Shown here: positions 1 to 12,400 of the stretch, piece after piece
Layout: each line of letters begins with the position of its first letter
How positions within the stretch are numbered: the first letter of the stretch is position 1
DNA from: Schmidtea nova
Taxonomy: Eukaryota
Length of the DNA stretch: 64,000 nucleotides
NCBI GenBank assembly: GCA_044892505.1
Contig: CM097882.1
Coordinates: 138,136,001-138,200,000 of the forward strand
Reading direction: 5' to 3'
Notes under the pieces: model-generated
The model's database searches: none
What the model saw: only the letters and a program-made list of their open reading frames with translations
Told to the model about the DNA's origin: nothing
Position numbers and translations under genes: made by a program

Positions 1-618
1 ATTTAGTTTTCATTACACGAGGAATGTCCTTTGGACTAGATGCAAGCCATCTATTATTCTGCGTGTTGTATTTTTGATCCTGGCAAACGTTTTTCTCATC
101 GGAAAAGAACCAGATTGTTTGTGGTTCAGCAGGATGTTTCACTTTGCTCAGAAGTTTCTTCGCGTTTATCAAACGATTTTCACGGACCTTTTGTGTGAGC
201 AGCTGTACTTTGCGGCGCTTGTATGAGTAGTAGTATTTTAATGATTTTAAAAATTTTTATTCATGTATTTATTTGACTTTGAAAATTGATTTTTAAAAAC
301 GACTATTATTGTGATCAATTTAACTTTGAAAATTTTTATTGATATTTAAATGATTATCTACTCGTGTTTTATATTATAATTTGTAGGTTGATGTTACTGT
401 GCTATTTTTATTATGAACATATATTGGCAAAGAAAATAAAAATATGTATATATTTTATATAATTTAGTTTAAATGGTATNNNNNNNNNNNNNNNNNNNNN
501 NNNNNNNNNNNNNNNNNNNNNNNNNNNNNNNNNNNNNNNNNNNNNNNNNNNNNNNNNNNNNNNNNNNNNNNNNNNNNNNNNNNNNNNNNNNNNNNNNNNN
601 NNNNNNNNNNNNNNNNNN

Positions 619-1389
619 GGCCAAATAATAATTTTTATTCGTTTCCATAACTAAATAAACAACATTCAAATAGTCTTTCGAGAGGATTTCGGGAGAATCG
701 TCAAATCGAACTATGACATCGTTACTGCCAGACAATGCTTGGATTTTATCATTAGATTTCGTTTTGTCCATTTCGCCACGAACTGACATTGATTGTTTAA
801 CTACTTCATTGAATTTGTCCAGGCAACGACTTTTACAGATTACCATTATAGCTTGCAATGTAGAACTCCTGAATTCATTTGTGATTAACTTATCAATTTG
901 TGGACTCTGCATCGGTGTAGAAATGACAATTGATTTCGAAAAATACATCTTTCCTTCCAATCCTACATACACATCTAATGCAAACTGGAAAAACATTCTC
1001 ACAATATGCGAACCGATATTGTTTTCTAAATGATCCGGATAATGTATCCACATATATTCACAGAATTTTTGACTCTGAAATCTCACAATCTCATTTTTAG
1101 AAATGTCTTTGGATTTACAGGCTAAAAGAACTTTTTCCAATAATCTAGATGTATTTTTACTGATGATTACGCCACCCAAATATGCATCGATAGATCTAAA
1201 TATAGAACCAACTACTTCACTTGTAGGATATGAAGAAACAAATCTTTCGATGATGGAGCATATTGTTTCATGAAAACATACTTTAATACCATTTTTATTC
1301 AATGAAGCGACTGTTTTAATTACAATTTCATATCTTTCTTCTTCTTCTTCGGGTGCACTTTTCATTAGTAAAGATTTAGGTATCTCCAT
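619..1389 (-). CDS. Unknown ORF, uninterrupted copy of the N-terminal part of ORF A of the tandem unit; runs into N gap
   Basis: MEIPKSLLMKSAPEEEE... reads through the point where the second copy (5951-4475) is frameshifted. No recognisable domain. Confidence 0.45.
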
Positions 1390-1458
1390 TTTTTAGCCCA
1401 GAATATTCGTAAATTCCAGAAAAACTCGATTAATAAAACAACAAAAAAAACGTTCAAA

Positions 1459-1678
1459 GCGCACACAGACGCGAGCTTGTCTTTATCGCAGCGCACACAG
1501 ACGCTGATAGCAATCTCTCAATGCGCACACGGACGCGAGAACAACACAAAAAAATGAAATGCGCACACAGACGCAAAAGCACAAACCCACAACCACGCAC
1601 ACAGACGCAGTACAAAATCTCTAAGCCTCGCGCACACAGACGCGACAACCAAAATTATCACAGAGACAATGCGCACAC
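1459..1678. repeat. Array of 7 GCGCACACAGACGC-type motifs with unique spacers (putative LTR U3/regulatory array)
   Basis: Copies start at 1459, 1491, 1523, 1561, 1595, 1630 and 1671 (partial). A second array at ~6020-6200 lacks one unit. Confidence 0.85.
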
Positions 1679-1846
1679 CCAAAATTCACCATTCCCCCCT
1701 TCTTGACACCCTTGTGTCAATCCCAAGTGTTTTTTATTCTTATTCCTTTTCGTTTTTAACATTAAGCCTTTTCACTTTTCACCTTTACTACGAGAATAGA
1801 ACTAAATTAATCTATAAAAGCTCACACGGATGCAACTTCATTCATG

Positions 1847-2755
1847 CTACGCACACAGGCTCAGATAAAAGCAAGCCTTGATCCCATTCATCTCTGGGGG
1901 GCAAACCTTCTGATTGTTAACTTTATTTTTCCATTTCGGCCAATACTTATTTTTGTCCCTGAATTTTTCTTCGACCATTAATCCTCTTGTATTAATTTGG
2001 ATACTCACCCTCATACATATGGACATTTTTATTTCCGAATTTACCATTGCCAATTTATCGTTAATGTCATTTACATTTCCCATGTCCACTGATAACTTTT
2101 CTACAGTTTCAGCCAAATTCTTTAACTTTACTTCTAACTCTTTAATTTCACTTTTATATTCTAACTCGGTCGTTTTTATTTTATTTTCAAGATCTTCTAT
2201 TTCTAATTTCAAGATCTTTATCCTATTTCCGAATTCATCTTTATCATTTATATTTTCATTTATCAAATTCACATTTTTTAATTCTCCCATGAGTTTTTCA
2301 CCTTTGTCTTTACTTGTTTCCAATACATTTTGGAGTGTCTGCTGAAACTCAACAGATTGTTGCTGACAAACAATTTCCATTCCCGAAGACATTTCATCTC
2401 TTTTGTCATCTTTATTAATATTCGAACTCTCAAATATTTCTTGCCCCATCTTTTCATCAACAATGGAATTCTCTCCACTATTTTCCTCAATTTTACAATT
2501 TTCTTCGATATCGTTAATATTTTCCATAATTTTCTCTTCGACAATGCAATTTTCATCAGTAATTTCTTCATTCATTGCCTGCTCATCTTCCACAACCATT
2601 GTAGATTCAATTTCCGTCCTTACTTCTTGCGATAATTCGTTTGAAGTAGTATTTATTTCATTCTCGCTTTCAATACCGACAGACTTAAAGTTGTCAACCA
2701 TTTCACCAGCAATATTATACTTTTTCGTGTTATCTTCATTTTGATTTGAATTCAA
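1847..2755 (-). CDS. Acidic, coiled-coil-rich protein of unknown function (ORF C of tandem unit)
   Basis: 302 codons, E/N-rich N-terminus, heptad-like stretch KILKLEIEDLENKIKTTELEYKSEIKELEVKLKNLAETVEKL. An upstream in-frame ATG (~2858) is cut off by a TAG. Confidence 0.45.
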   Translation of the reverse strand: MNSNQNEDNTKKYNIAGEMVDNFKSVGIESENEINTTSNELSQEVRTEIESTMVVEDEQAMNEEITDENCIVEEKIMENINDIEENCKIEENSGENSIVDEKMGQEIFESSNINKDDKRDEMSSGMEIVCQQQSVEFQQTLQNVLETSKDKGEKLMGELKNVNLINENINDKDEFGNRIKILKLEIEDLENKIKTTELEYKSEIKELEVKLKNLAETVEKLSVDMGNVNDINDKLAMVNSEIKMSICMRVSIQINTRGLMVEEKFRDKNKYWPKWKNKVNNQKVCPPEMNGIKACFYLSLCA

Positions 2756-2894
2756 ATCGCTATCACCAGTTTGATTTTCATTAAAAACTTCTTCCTGAGC
2801 TTTAGGTGCAAAACTCTCGATATATTCCTTTTCACACTATTCTTCTCGATATGTCACCATTGACATATTTTGCTTCTTGGCTGTCTTTTTACTG

Positions 2895-4469
2895 TCAATC
2901 ATTTTTACTCCTGGGCTGCAGTAAAAAATGATGTTTTATCTTACATTTTAGTGCCGTTATTCCGTTTCTTGACATGTTTGCCTTGTTATCATTCCTATCC
3001 ACTACTTGTCCAACAAGCGCTTGGTTCCCTTGTCTTAGATTTACAAGGTTTCTTGACGATCCGTCCTGCTTCTTCCAATTGTTTCTTCTATTGTCATCAA
3101 CAACTCCATAAAGAGTTTCTTTGATTGACCTTAACAGCTCGACTTCATCTTGTAACCAATTTCTTAAGTCTTGGATACACTCGGTTACCTTTTCCTCCTT
3201 AACATCTTTCTTCCATTTGTATAGCAGCGAGCTGGGTAGTTTCTGAAGGCATCTCTTCAATAAGTAACTATTCTTCATTTCGCCCTCTAGTCTATTATTA
3301 ATAATTCTAACTTCTAGCGTTTCCAATAATCCAACAAATGCCTCTATTTCCAGCATTTCATTTTCACGAACGGGTTGAAATCTGTCGATATCTTCCAGAG
3401 CAGCTAAGTAATTTCGTTCTTCCCCGCCATATCTTTTATCGAGCTTTTCCTTTGCCATTTTGTAACCAGTTGCAGAAAATCCTAAATTTTCGATCAACTT
3501 TAGCGGTTCACCTTTCAGATAGGATCGAAGGTGTAACATCTTTTCATCATCATCACCATGTGCACTATCAACACAAGTATGGAAGGCAGCTCTCCAACTT
3601 TCATATTCTTTCTGGTGTCCATCAAATATCTGGATTCGTATCTTCTGCATTTTACCTAATTCTTTCTTCGTTTCATTCCCACTTACCACTTTAATGGTGT
3701 TATTGTCATCCGACCTAACTGACTGATTGGCCTTTGACGAAATTAGCTCTTCCACCTTATCATCCATTTCTTTAATCTCTTTTAAATCCGCTTCTAGCAC
3801 AGCCGTCGTATCTGACCTTCCTAATCTTCTGCTGATGTCCAACAGTCTTTCAAAACTCTCTATGGAACTCTCCATTGCTTCCTGATATTCATCAAGCACA
3901 TGTGATGCATCTTCTGCCAGCATATCGTTCATCCATTTATTTCTTAATCTCGTCAACCTATACTTAACACTCCTCTTCTTTCTCAATCCTTCTTCTAGTT
4001 CCTCCTCCTCATCATTCCCTCCACACAATCTCAGTGATAGATGAATAGTAGATTCCTTTTGAATGTTGTAATCTGACAGGATTCTTCCGCCTACCAATTG
4101 TTTACCTGCAAATATCAATCTCTGTTGATCAGGCGGGATTCCCTCTTTCTCTTGGATCCTTGCTTTTACTTTCTCAATAGTGTCCCTCGGTTCAACTTCC
4201 AGTATTATGGTTTTACCTGTTAGAGTCTTAACAAAAATCTGTATTCCACTTCTCAATCGCGAAACAAAATGCAAAGTTGACTCCGTCTTATTTTCTTTCA
4301 CTCGCGAACTATAATCTTTAAAACTTGTCCTTTCATCACCACTTGACATTGAATAAAAATGAAATAATTTCCCTATTCTATTCATATTTACCCTGTCTTC
4401 ATTAATACCCAATTTATTATTTTTAGCAACCTGATCATAGAGCTTTTTATAATTACCTTTATCTCCCAT
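2895..4469 (-). CDS. Chimeric ORF: Hsp90 middle-domain fragment, ubiquitin tail plus full ubiquitin unit, BEL/Pao Gag (DUF1759-like)
   Basis: [19 protein letters not shown]...[19 protein letters not shown] resembles Hsp90. [14 protein letters not shown] is followed by [12 protein letters not shown]...[10 protein letters not shown] (76 aa, 4244-4017). [21 protein letters not shown]...[14 protein letters not shown]...[10 protein letters not shown] is a Pao gag core. Confidence 0.75.
   Translation of the reverse strand: MGDKGNYKKLYDQVAKNNKLGINEDRVNMNRIGKLFHFYSMSSGDERTSFKDYSSRVKENKTESTLHFVSRLRSGIQIFVKTLTGKTIILEVEPRDTIEKVKARIQEKEGIPPDQQRLIFAGKQLVGGRILSDYNIQKESTIHLSLRLCGGNDEEEELEEGLRKKRSVKYRLTRLRNKWMNDMLAEDASHVLDEYQEAMESSIESFERLLDISRRLGRSDTTAVLEADLKEIKEMDDKVEELISSKANQSVRSDDNNTIKVVSGNETKKELGKMQKIRIQIFDGHQKEYESWRAAFHTCVDSAHGDDDEKMLHLRSYLKGEPLKLIENLGFSATGYKMAKEKLDKRYGGEERNYLAALEDIDRFQPVRENEMLEIEAFVGLLETLEVRIINNRLEGEMKNSYLLKRCLQKLPSSLLYKWKKDVKEEKVTECIQDLRNWLQDEVELLRSIKETLYGVVDDNRRNNWKKQDGSSRNLVNLRQGNQALVGQVVDRNDNKANMSRNGITALKCKIKHHFLLQPRSKND
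4017..4244 (-). other. Diverged ubiquitin unit embedded in chimeric ORF
   Basis: Exactly 76 codons matching ubiquitin ([25 protein letters not shown]), ending LRLCGG. Confidence 0.9.
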
Positions 4470-4576
4470 TATTCCTACAAAGTCCCCACTAAATCTTTTC
4501 TGATTACTTTCAAAATTTTATCTTGTTGCAACATTTCCCGTTTGATATTCAATAGAAAATCTTCACTATCGTAACC
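4290..4576 (-). pseudogene. HSP90: Captured degenerate Hsp90 mRNA fragment spanning the ORF A/ORF B junction
   Basis: [28 protein letters not shown] compares with Hsp90 [28 protein letters not shown]. After a TAG and frameshift it continues as [18 protein letters not shown]. Confidence 0.8.
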
Positions 4577-5951
4577 AGTGCGCCTACTAACATCTACACA
4601 TTTAAATATCGAAATATCTTTTTCTATACATATTGCTTCATAAGCAGGTGACACAATTTTATCTCTTTGTCTATTTAATTCAATAAATGATCTTTGTTTA
4701 TTTTCAACTTTCACGCCTTCAATTGTATCGCTGCATGCAACTTCTAAAGTGATGGGTTTTCCCGTTAAAGCTTTTAAAATTATCTGCCTTTCCTGTCTCG
4801 CTCGCCCAACCCTATGCAGATACCTCTTACGAGCACCTTCCTTACCAATGTTATCCCGGAATTTGAAAGAATGCTGGGGCCCATAGCAGCCGTCTTTCAC
4901 AATATCCGGTGGCCAAGCCATTCCAACTTTCACTTCCCTTTCATTAATTAACTTCAACTTTCGCGTCTTATCCCCTAACCTCATTTCCCATTCAAAACGC
5001 ACTTGGGAGGGAATGGTGATCCATACCCCAATTACAAATTTAACCCATTTACAAAAATTTACAAAAAACATAATAGAATCTTTAATAAAAATGTATACTA
5101 ACAGATTTACAAAGTGTGCGTGGCCCCCCGGTGGGAACCACGCTCTGTTACCATGTAAAATCATCAATTGAACGGCCAAATAATAATTTTTATTCGTTTC
5201 CATAACTAAATAAACAACATTCAAATAGTCTTTCGAGAGGATTTCGGGAGAATCGTCAAATCGAACTATGACATCGTTACTGCCAGACAATGCTTGGATT
5301 TTATCATTAGATTTCGTTTTGTCCATTTCGCCACGAACTGACATTGATTGTTTAACTACTTCATTGAATTTGTCCAGGCAACGACTTTTACAGATTACCA
5401 TTATAGCTTGCAATGTAGAACTCCTGAATTCATTTGTGATTAACTTATCAATTTGTGGACTCTGCATCGGTGTAGAAATGACAATTGATTTCGAAAAATA
5501 CATCTTTCCTTCCAATCCTACATACACATCTAATGCAAACTGGAAAAACATTCTCACAATATGCGAACCGATATTGTTTTCTAAATGATCCGGATAATGT
5601 ATCCACATATATTCACAGAATTTTTGACTCTGAAATCTCACAATCTCATTTTTAGAAATGTCTTTGGATTTACAGGCTAAAAGAACTTTTTCCAATAATC
5701 TAGATTCTAGATGTATTTTTACTGATGATTACGCCACCCAAATATGCATTGATAGATCTAAATATAGAACCAACTACTTCACTTGTAGGATATGAAGAAA
5801 CAAATCTTTCGATGATGGAGCATATTATTTCATGAAAACATACTTTAATACCATTTTTATTCAATGAAGCGACTGTTTTAATTACAATTTCATATCTTTC
5901 TTCTTCTTCTTCGGGTGCACTTTTCATTAGTAAAGATTTAGGTATCTCCAT
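4475..5951 (-). pseudogene. ORF A of tandem unit, frameshifted by a 7-bp duplication; C-terminus has partial ubiquitin and Hsp90 fragments
   Basis: Split into 5700..5951 and 4475..5695 by TCTAGAT-TCTAGAT at 5699-5712. RQIILKALTGKPITLEVACSDTIEGVK is a ubiquitin N-terminal fragment. YLHRVGRA resembles DEAD-box motif VI. Confidence 0.6.
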
Positions 5952-6738
5952 TTTTTAGCCCAGAATATTCGTAAATTCCAGAAAAACTCGATTAATAAAA
6001 CAACAAAAAAAACGTTCAAAGCGCACACAGACGCGAGCTTGTCTTTATCGCAGCGCACACAGACGCTTATAGCAATCTCTCAATGCGCACACGGACGCGA
6101 GAACAACACAAAAAAATGAAATGCGCACACAGACGCAAAAGCACAAACCCACAACCACGCACACAGACGCGACAACCAAAATTATCACAGAGACAATGCG
6201 NNNNNNNNNNNNNNNNNNNNNNNNNNNNNNNNNNNNNNNNNNNNNNNNNNNNNNNNNNNNNNNNNNNNNNNNNNNNNNNNNNNNNNNNNNNNNNNNNNNN
6301 NNNNNNNNNNNNNNNNNNNNNNNNNNNNNNNNNNNNNNNNNNNNNNNNNNNNNNNNNNNNNNNNNNNNNNNNNNNNNNNNNNNNNNNNNNNNNNNNNNNN
6401 NNNNNNNNNNNNNNNNNNNNNNNNNNNNNNNNNNNNNNNNNNNNNNNNNNNNNNNNNNNNNNNNNNNNNNNNNNNNNNNNNNNNNNNNNNNNNNNNNNNN
6501 NNNNNNNNNNNNNNNNNNNNNNNNNNNNNNNNNNNNNNNNNNNNNNNNNNNNNNNNNNNNNNNNNNNNNNNNNNNNNNNNNNNNNNNNNNNNNNNNNNNN
6601 NNNNNNNNNNNNNNNNNNNNNNNNNNNNNNNNNNNNNNNNNNNNNNNNNNNNNNNNNNNNNNNNNNNNNNNNNNNNNNNNNNNNNNNNNNNNNNNNNTAA
6701 ATTTATAAACACCCCTAATGCTGTAATAATAATAAAAA

Positions 6739-7125
6739 TAATCACTACCACTTAAGTGTAATGAAAACTAAAATGAGATTATAAACGGATCAAATTTTCA
6801 GTTGCATCACCCTTAAAATTCTTGCGGTCAAGAAGAATTTCAAAGTTGGTAATTGACTTCTGAAATTTTAAAATCGAGCGTTCAGTACATCGAGCTCGAA
6901 TCGAAATTGACACAATTACATATATTATATTAAATATAATATATGTAATTGTGTCAATTTCGATTCGAGCTCGATGTACTGAACGCTCGATTTTAAAATT
7001 TCAGAAGTCAATTACCAACTTTGAAATTCTTCTTGACCGCAAGAATTTTAAGGGTGATGCAACTGAAAATTTGATCCGTTTATATTCTCATTTTAGCTTT
7101 CATTACACTTAAGTGGTAGTGATTA
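6739..7125. repeat. 387-bp near-perfect palindrome (192-bp arms, 3-nt loop)
   Basis: The arms mirror exactly about 6931-6933 with no indels; two mismatches were seen near the outer ends. Confidence 0.95.
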
Positions 7126-7379
7126 CAAATATATATGTATGTAATATAATATATTACAAACATATATATTTTTCTTTAATAAAATGATTTGTACTTTTTA
7201 TTTTTTTTAATCAGGTGATCATTTTGTATTTATAATATAAAATAAAATTTATTAATGAGACTTAACTTGGTACTTGTCTGTTAATTCACCCAAATTATTC
7301 TATTTTTATTTTTTAAAGCGTTTTCTATTTAATTGTTTGCACACTTATTGTCACAGGTTAGAGAGGTATCACAATATCA

Positions 7380-8230
7380 GCGAGAATCGCATCAAATAAA
7401 TCCAATTGTCGAACTTTTGTACATGTACGCCACATGTATTCACACATGTATGAATCCAACATGCTTCTGTGTGTTCCATTGTGACGTTTGGTCCTTTCTT
7501 TTGCTACCTTTAACGAACGTTCAATTCTTTCAGTGTTTGCTTCAGTGCTAGAATCAACAAAATTTAGATAGTGATCTAGAGTCTGATGATGGAATCCACC
7601 TCCAGCAATTGCAGTGATGCCATTATAGACTATCCATTGATCTGATATGACTAGTTCCTGGCAATATGTGCTTAGATATTATCGGAAGAAGAGTGGCGGC
7701 TGTTCTGTCTGGGATAGTAAACATGAAACATTCGTCAGTTTGTCAATATATACCTCCAAACACCCACTGTTGAGATAATACTCGGCCAACACAGTTTATG
7801 CGACGAGTAAGCAGGCTTTTGTCAATTTCAAAAGTAGTGTTTGGCCCACCAATAACAATGGGATTATTGATCAATGTATTAGCGCACACCTCTCGAAGAT
7901 AGTTTTTCCAGTCTATGACAGATGACTTGAAAATTTCAAGCTCAGTTTCACAGAAACGCATACTTTTTAACTCCTTTGACCAGCAATAAATAAACTAAAT
8001 TATTTGCCTGTATGCTAACTGAGATCCTTGTAACCATGTTCCTTGCCTATATTGACGACATAAACTCTGGCGACATCTACAACGATCCTGCCGACCTGTC
8101 AGCGACAAAATAATGATATGGTTGTTTGAACAGTGACACAGGCTATGCACAATTCCATATTGCGGAAGAAACTGTAGACTACTTCTTTTATTATTACATA
8201 AAGCGGATAATTGTAACAAATTCATATTAA
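7380..8230 (-). pseudogene. Merlin/IS1016-like (ISXO2-type DDE) transposase remnant
   Basis: IVIGGPNTTFEIDKSLLTRRINCVGRVLSQQWVFGGI matches the Merlin IGG..VEIDES...GR....WVFGG motif. Upstream Cys-rich CRCRQSL...QGTW remnant. Broken by stops and frameshifts. Confidence 0.7.
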
Positions 8231-9416
8231 TATTTTATTATTTATTTATGCCACTTATTGAATAATTTAACTGAATTAATTTAAATGACTAAATATATTT
8301 GGGGTGAAGTAACAGACAACTACCCTTAGCTTTGTTTTTATAAGATTATCAAGTTGAGATTCAGTGAACCTCAACACATAAAGGTTCATCTAACAATATC
8401 ATGTGAATTAAAAATATAAAAAATAAAGTCATATCTTTAGGATATATACGACGAATACTATAAAGTATAATGCTCAATAAAAACATTGTAACATGAAATT
8501 AAATTATAATATAGAATTTACATATACTCACTTGTGTGTTAGCGGTGTGAAAACGATATATAAATTTTTTTATAGCATACAATAAATATACATTAAGATA
8601 AACACAGAAAGCAGCAAATATGCATGCTTTTAATTCTGACAATGAAAAGGTAGAAATGCATTGACAGTAAGCATACATTTTCTAACATTTCTTTGCATTT
8701 GTATTATGATTTTTATGACGTTATGATGATTGTTGTGATTGCCATCAACCTGTATTATATTTTTATATTTGATTATTTTTATTAACTGCGCAATCATGTG
8801 TAGTTGCTGGTCGACAGTTTGAAATAATAATGAAATTTAATGTCAAATTTGAATTATAAAAACAAGAAATCTAGTAAATTAATTTTTATAGGAATTTTAA
8901 AAACATTAATAAACGATAAATAAAAAACTATTAAAATTTTGAATAATAAAAGTACTATTAGCAACAAGCTTGTTCACAGTTTTACACTACAAATCAGAAC
9001 GCCACGAATTTGATCTCTATTTCAATAACCGCACAACCAATTTGATTATAAACAGCATAGACTAAATTGTGATATTTTGAAATTATTTGTGTATATTGGA
9101 ACCAAGAAGGATTATTGTAAATTGTACTATTTTCGAGACCATACGCGAGTAGTAAGTTAATAAAATTTATTATTTTTGAATAAAGTTGTATCTTTATTTT
9201 GAATTTTTAGTTCACTGTTAATTATTCAAACAAATTATATACACAAACGCACATTTATACAAAGCAATCACCCTAGGCCGACACGACACAGTTTTAAAGG
9301 AGACTTGACTGAGCTCAACAGTTTTTCTAGTACACATAATCAAATTTTATACTTTAACAATGTGTATTACATAGATTTTATTCACCGTTAAAACACAACT
9401 AAGACATTGGTGAGTG

Positions 9417-12400
9417 CAGCACCGGTCCTAGCCTTAATGGCGCCCTAGGCAAAGCATACTGTGCTCTTGTATTTGTACAAAGAGTTCTGCAATCGAATTA
9501 TTAGCCGTATCAACGATGACTTTAAAATTTTCAATCCGATAGCAAGTTTCAGGATCTTGAATTGGATCATCTCTCGATTCATAGTCAAATAAACTCTTCT
9601 TGCGACGAATTCTAATCTGTACCGTTGCTGGAAAACGGTTTCAGCATCTACACTTTTTGCAAGCTCTGTTGCTGTTATTTTTGTTTCTTCAAATCCTTTT
9701 TCCCTGTAACGGTTTAAAAAAACTGAAGTTTCTTCCATAAGTCTTACAACAGCGTGTTGAGGATACCTAAATAACAATTTACTAATAAATAAATAAAATT
9801 ACCTGGGGAAAATCGTCATGACGAATGAGATGGCTAATGGGAACTCAGAAAAGAAAACGGAAATAAAAAGAAATGAGAAATGAGAAAGAGGAAACAGACA
9901 AAAGAAAGCAGACAAGGAAACAAAAACAAAGGTCAGCACTAATTAATTAGTACATAGGGAAAAAGAATTTCAAATCGGGAAAAACAAAAATAATAACAGT
10001 ATGCTTATCTCGACAGCTTGTCAGAGATAACGGGAACAAAAACAAAACAGGCCGGAGCGGCAAAAAGAAAATACAAAGTAGTCAAGTTGCTAAAGGCAGC
10101 ATGGGAGTTCAAAAGAAGTATGATAAATGCCAGAAGCAGAAATGGAAAAAAGCAGGTGGTCACGAGTGCCGAACTGTCCGGCGTAACATGGGAGTTGCGG
10201 GAGAAAATTGGAAAATGCCAACGATGGGAATGGCAAAAGCGACATGCCATGAGTGACGAACGATGACAAACTATAAAAGGCGAAAGCAATCGGAACTGAA
10301 TCAGAAGTAAAATTGGAGAAGAAAAATTGAAGTAAATTCGAAGAAGCAAATCGGAGAAATAAAATTGAAGAAGTGAATTTGACAAAGAAACTAGTGAATT
10401 CGAGTGTAATTGATTAAAGGCGAGTGCGTAGAATTGGAAAACGATAGAAGATTAAATTGTGTGTGGAGAGCCGAGAGCGAAATAATCTAATTGAACAGAA
10501 CAAAACATTTTGATTGAATAAAGAGTCGGAGCGGAAAACAAAGAATAAAGTCAAAGCGTGGAAACAATCGAAACCAAGTACCAGTATTAAATCAAATCAG
10601 TGGTTAGTAGTTATTGTTTTCTAGGCAATATACAAGTGAGCTATTCTTCACGAAGTGTCGTAATAAGCTCGTATAATTGTCGAAAGAGTTTATTGAATTG
10701 GTTGTGAAAATTGAATCGTGTAAATCTGTGTAATAATCAATAAAGTTTGTGTTGTTGAAAGTGTTATTGGGGTCAATTAAAAACACGTTTTGGAGTCAGA
10801 TATTTGATTGGTAACTTTTACCATTTCACCAACAACCCCAGAACCCAACAAGCGGATAGTTCTAATTTAGGATCCTGCATAAGCTTGCCGATGATGTTTA
10901 TTCAGTGAAGAATATAATGCCATACAACCAACGAAAAGATAAACTTGAAGTCCTTCAGAGCATTAGCTCGTGTAGCTACCTCGTTTTGAACTAAAGTGTC
11001 ATTTTCTTTTTCTGACAGTTCAAACAGAGAATAATAAACCTCGCCTAGTTGATATAGTATTAGTACTATAATGTCAATTCTTGACTCCCAACGAGTTTGA
11101 GACACTGGCTTTGCAATAAGCCGAGAAACGTGTTGCTTCCAAAGAGCTTTGGATGCAGAGAAAAAACATAAATCTTCTAAATTAAACTAAAAAAGAGGAT
11201 GCAGCACCTGTAGATTTTGCGGCATCGCCAACAACAAGATTTAAACTATGGCAACCACAAGGAACAAAAATTTCAAGTGGGTTCATATTAAGAATTCTTC
11301 GCTGGACGCCGGAACTTTTACTTTTCATGTTGGCTCCATTGTCATAGCCTTGCCCTCAGCAGTTAGTAATAGAAAGATTACATTTTTGCAATTCTTCCAG
11401 AAAAGCAGTGGTAAGACCCTGGCCTGTTGAATCTTCGACTACAATAAAACCAACGAAATGCTCGCGTATAGAAACATCTTCATTAATATCTACAAAGCGT
11501 ATTGTGATATACATCGGCTCTTTATGCTCTGATTCGGAGTGCAATCAAGAATAATAGAGAAATATTTTGCCTGTCAAGCATAATCTAATATTGTTTCTTT
11601 AACTTTGTCAGCCATTAGAGTTATTAATTCATTTTGGATTCTTTTTTCCAAGATAATGGTGACATGAATAAGTGTTCTTGCAAAACTGGATCAAACTTTC
11701 TTATAATTTCTACCAAGGCAAGAAAGTTACCATTGTCTATTTGATTAACCTTTTCTGATGAGCCCCGAAAAGCCAGGTTGTGTTGAGTTAAATATTGAAT
11801 GATTGAGAGCAATTTTTCAAAAACGTTTCGCCAGTGTACAGTCAGACCTTCGTTTAATCTTATTTTCAATTCAGCCCACCTGTTAACGCTTTCACAATGC
11901 ATTGGAGAGCACTCGTGGTTCGAAAAATGCCATGATATATTTTTCCAGTCACTATACTCATCTTATGTCAATGCAATCTTGTTTTTTGGAAACAATTTAC
12001 AAAATAAACAGTAGACGGCATCGCTATTTTTTGAATAAACTAATCATAATCTCACTACTTCTCCTCACTTCTCCATTCTTGAGTTTTCGTTTATAATATG
12101 CTTCCTTTAAACTACAATTGTTTTGAGTTTCATTTTTAGGAAAATCATACTCTGATTCTTACTGGGCCTTTCTTTACAAGTGCTACTCGAGTGGCATCAT
12201 CTATTACATTTTGCCAATTGAATGGATCGTCAAAATCAAATTGATTTTCTTCCACGGCTTCTTCATTATTTTCTGTACTTGAAGATGTATTTGAATCGGA
12301 ATAAGAGGCAAATGGACTTATTAGTTCATCTTCAGGTACAAAAAGCATACCTATGTTTCATTTTTAGTAACATCTTCACTATTAATATTGAGCATTGCGA

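Larger units (their letters stand above)
619..6200 (-). mobile_element. Head-to-tail tandem of a ~4.56-kb chimeric unit, probably a non-autonomous BEL/Pao-derived LTR element carrying host-gene fragments
   Basis: 619-~1680 recurs at 5174-6200 (offset 4555, then 4562 after a 7-bp duplication). On the minus strand the purine tract AAGAAGGGGGGAA (1704-1692) is followed by TG at 1691, as for PPT+LTR. The unit contains a Pao gag-like domain. Both ends abut N gaps, so an assembly duplication is possible. Confidence 0.55.

Noticed and set aside
713-1033. 106-aa plus-strand ORF (and copy 5268..5588)
   Set aside because: Antisense to ORF A; duplicated only because the unit is duplicated; no motif.
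1459-1678. CRISPR-like repeat-spacer look of the GCGCACACAGACGC array
   Set aside because: Repeats are only ~14 bp with ~20-bp spacers, there are no cas genes, and the context is eukaryotic transposon DNA.
6083-6751. ORFs of 188-205 aa in the track
   Set aside because: They consist almost entirely of the N gap (6201-6697).
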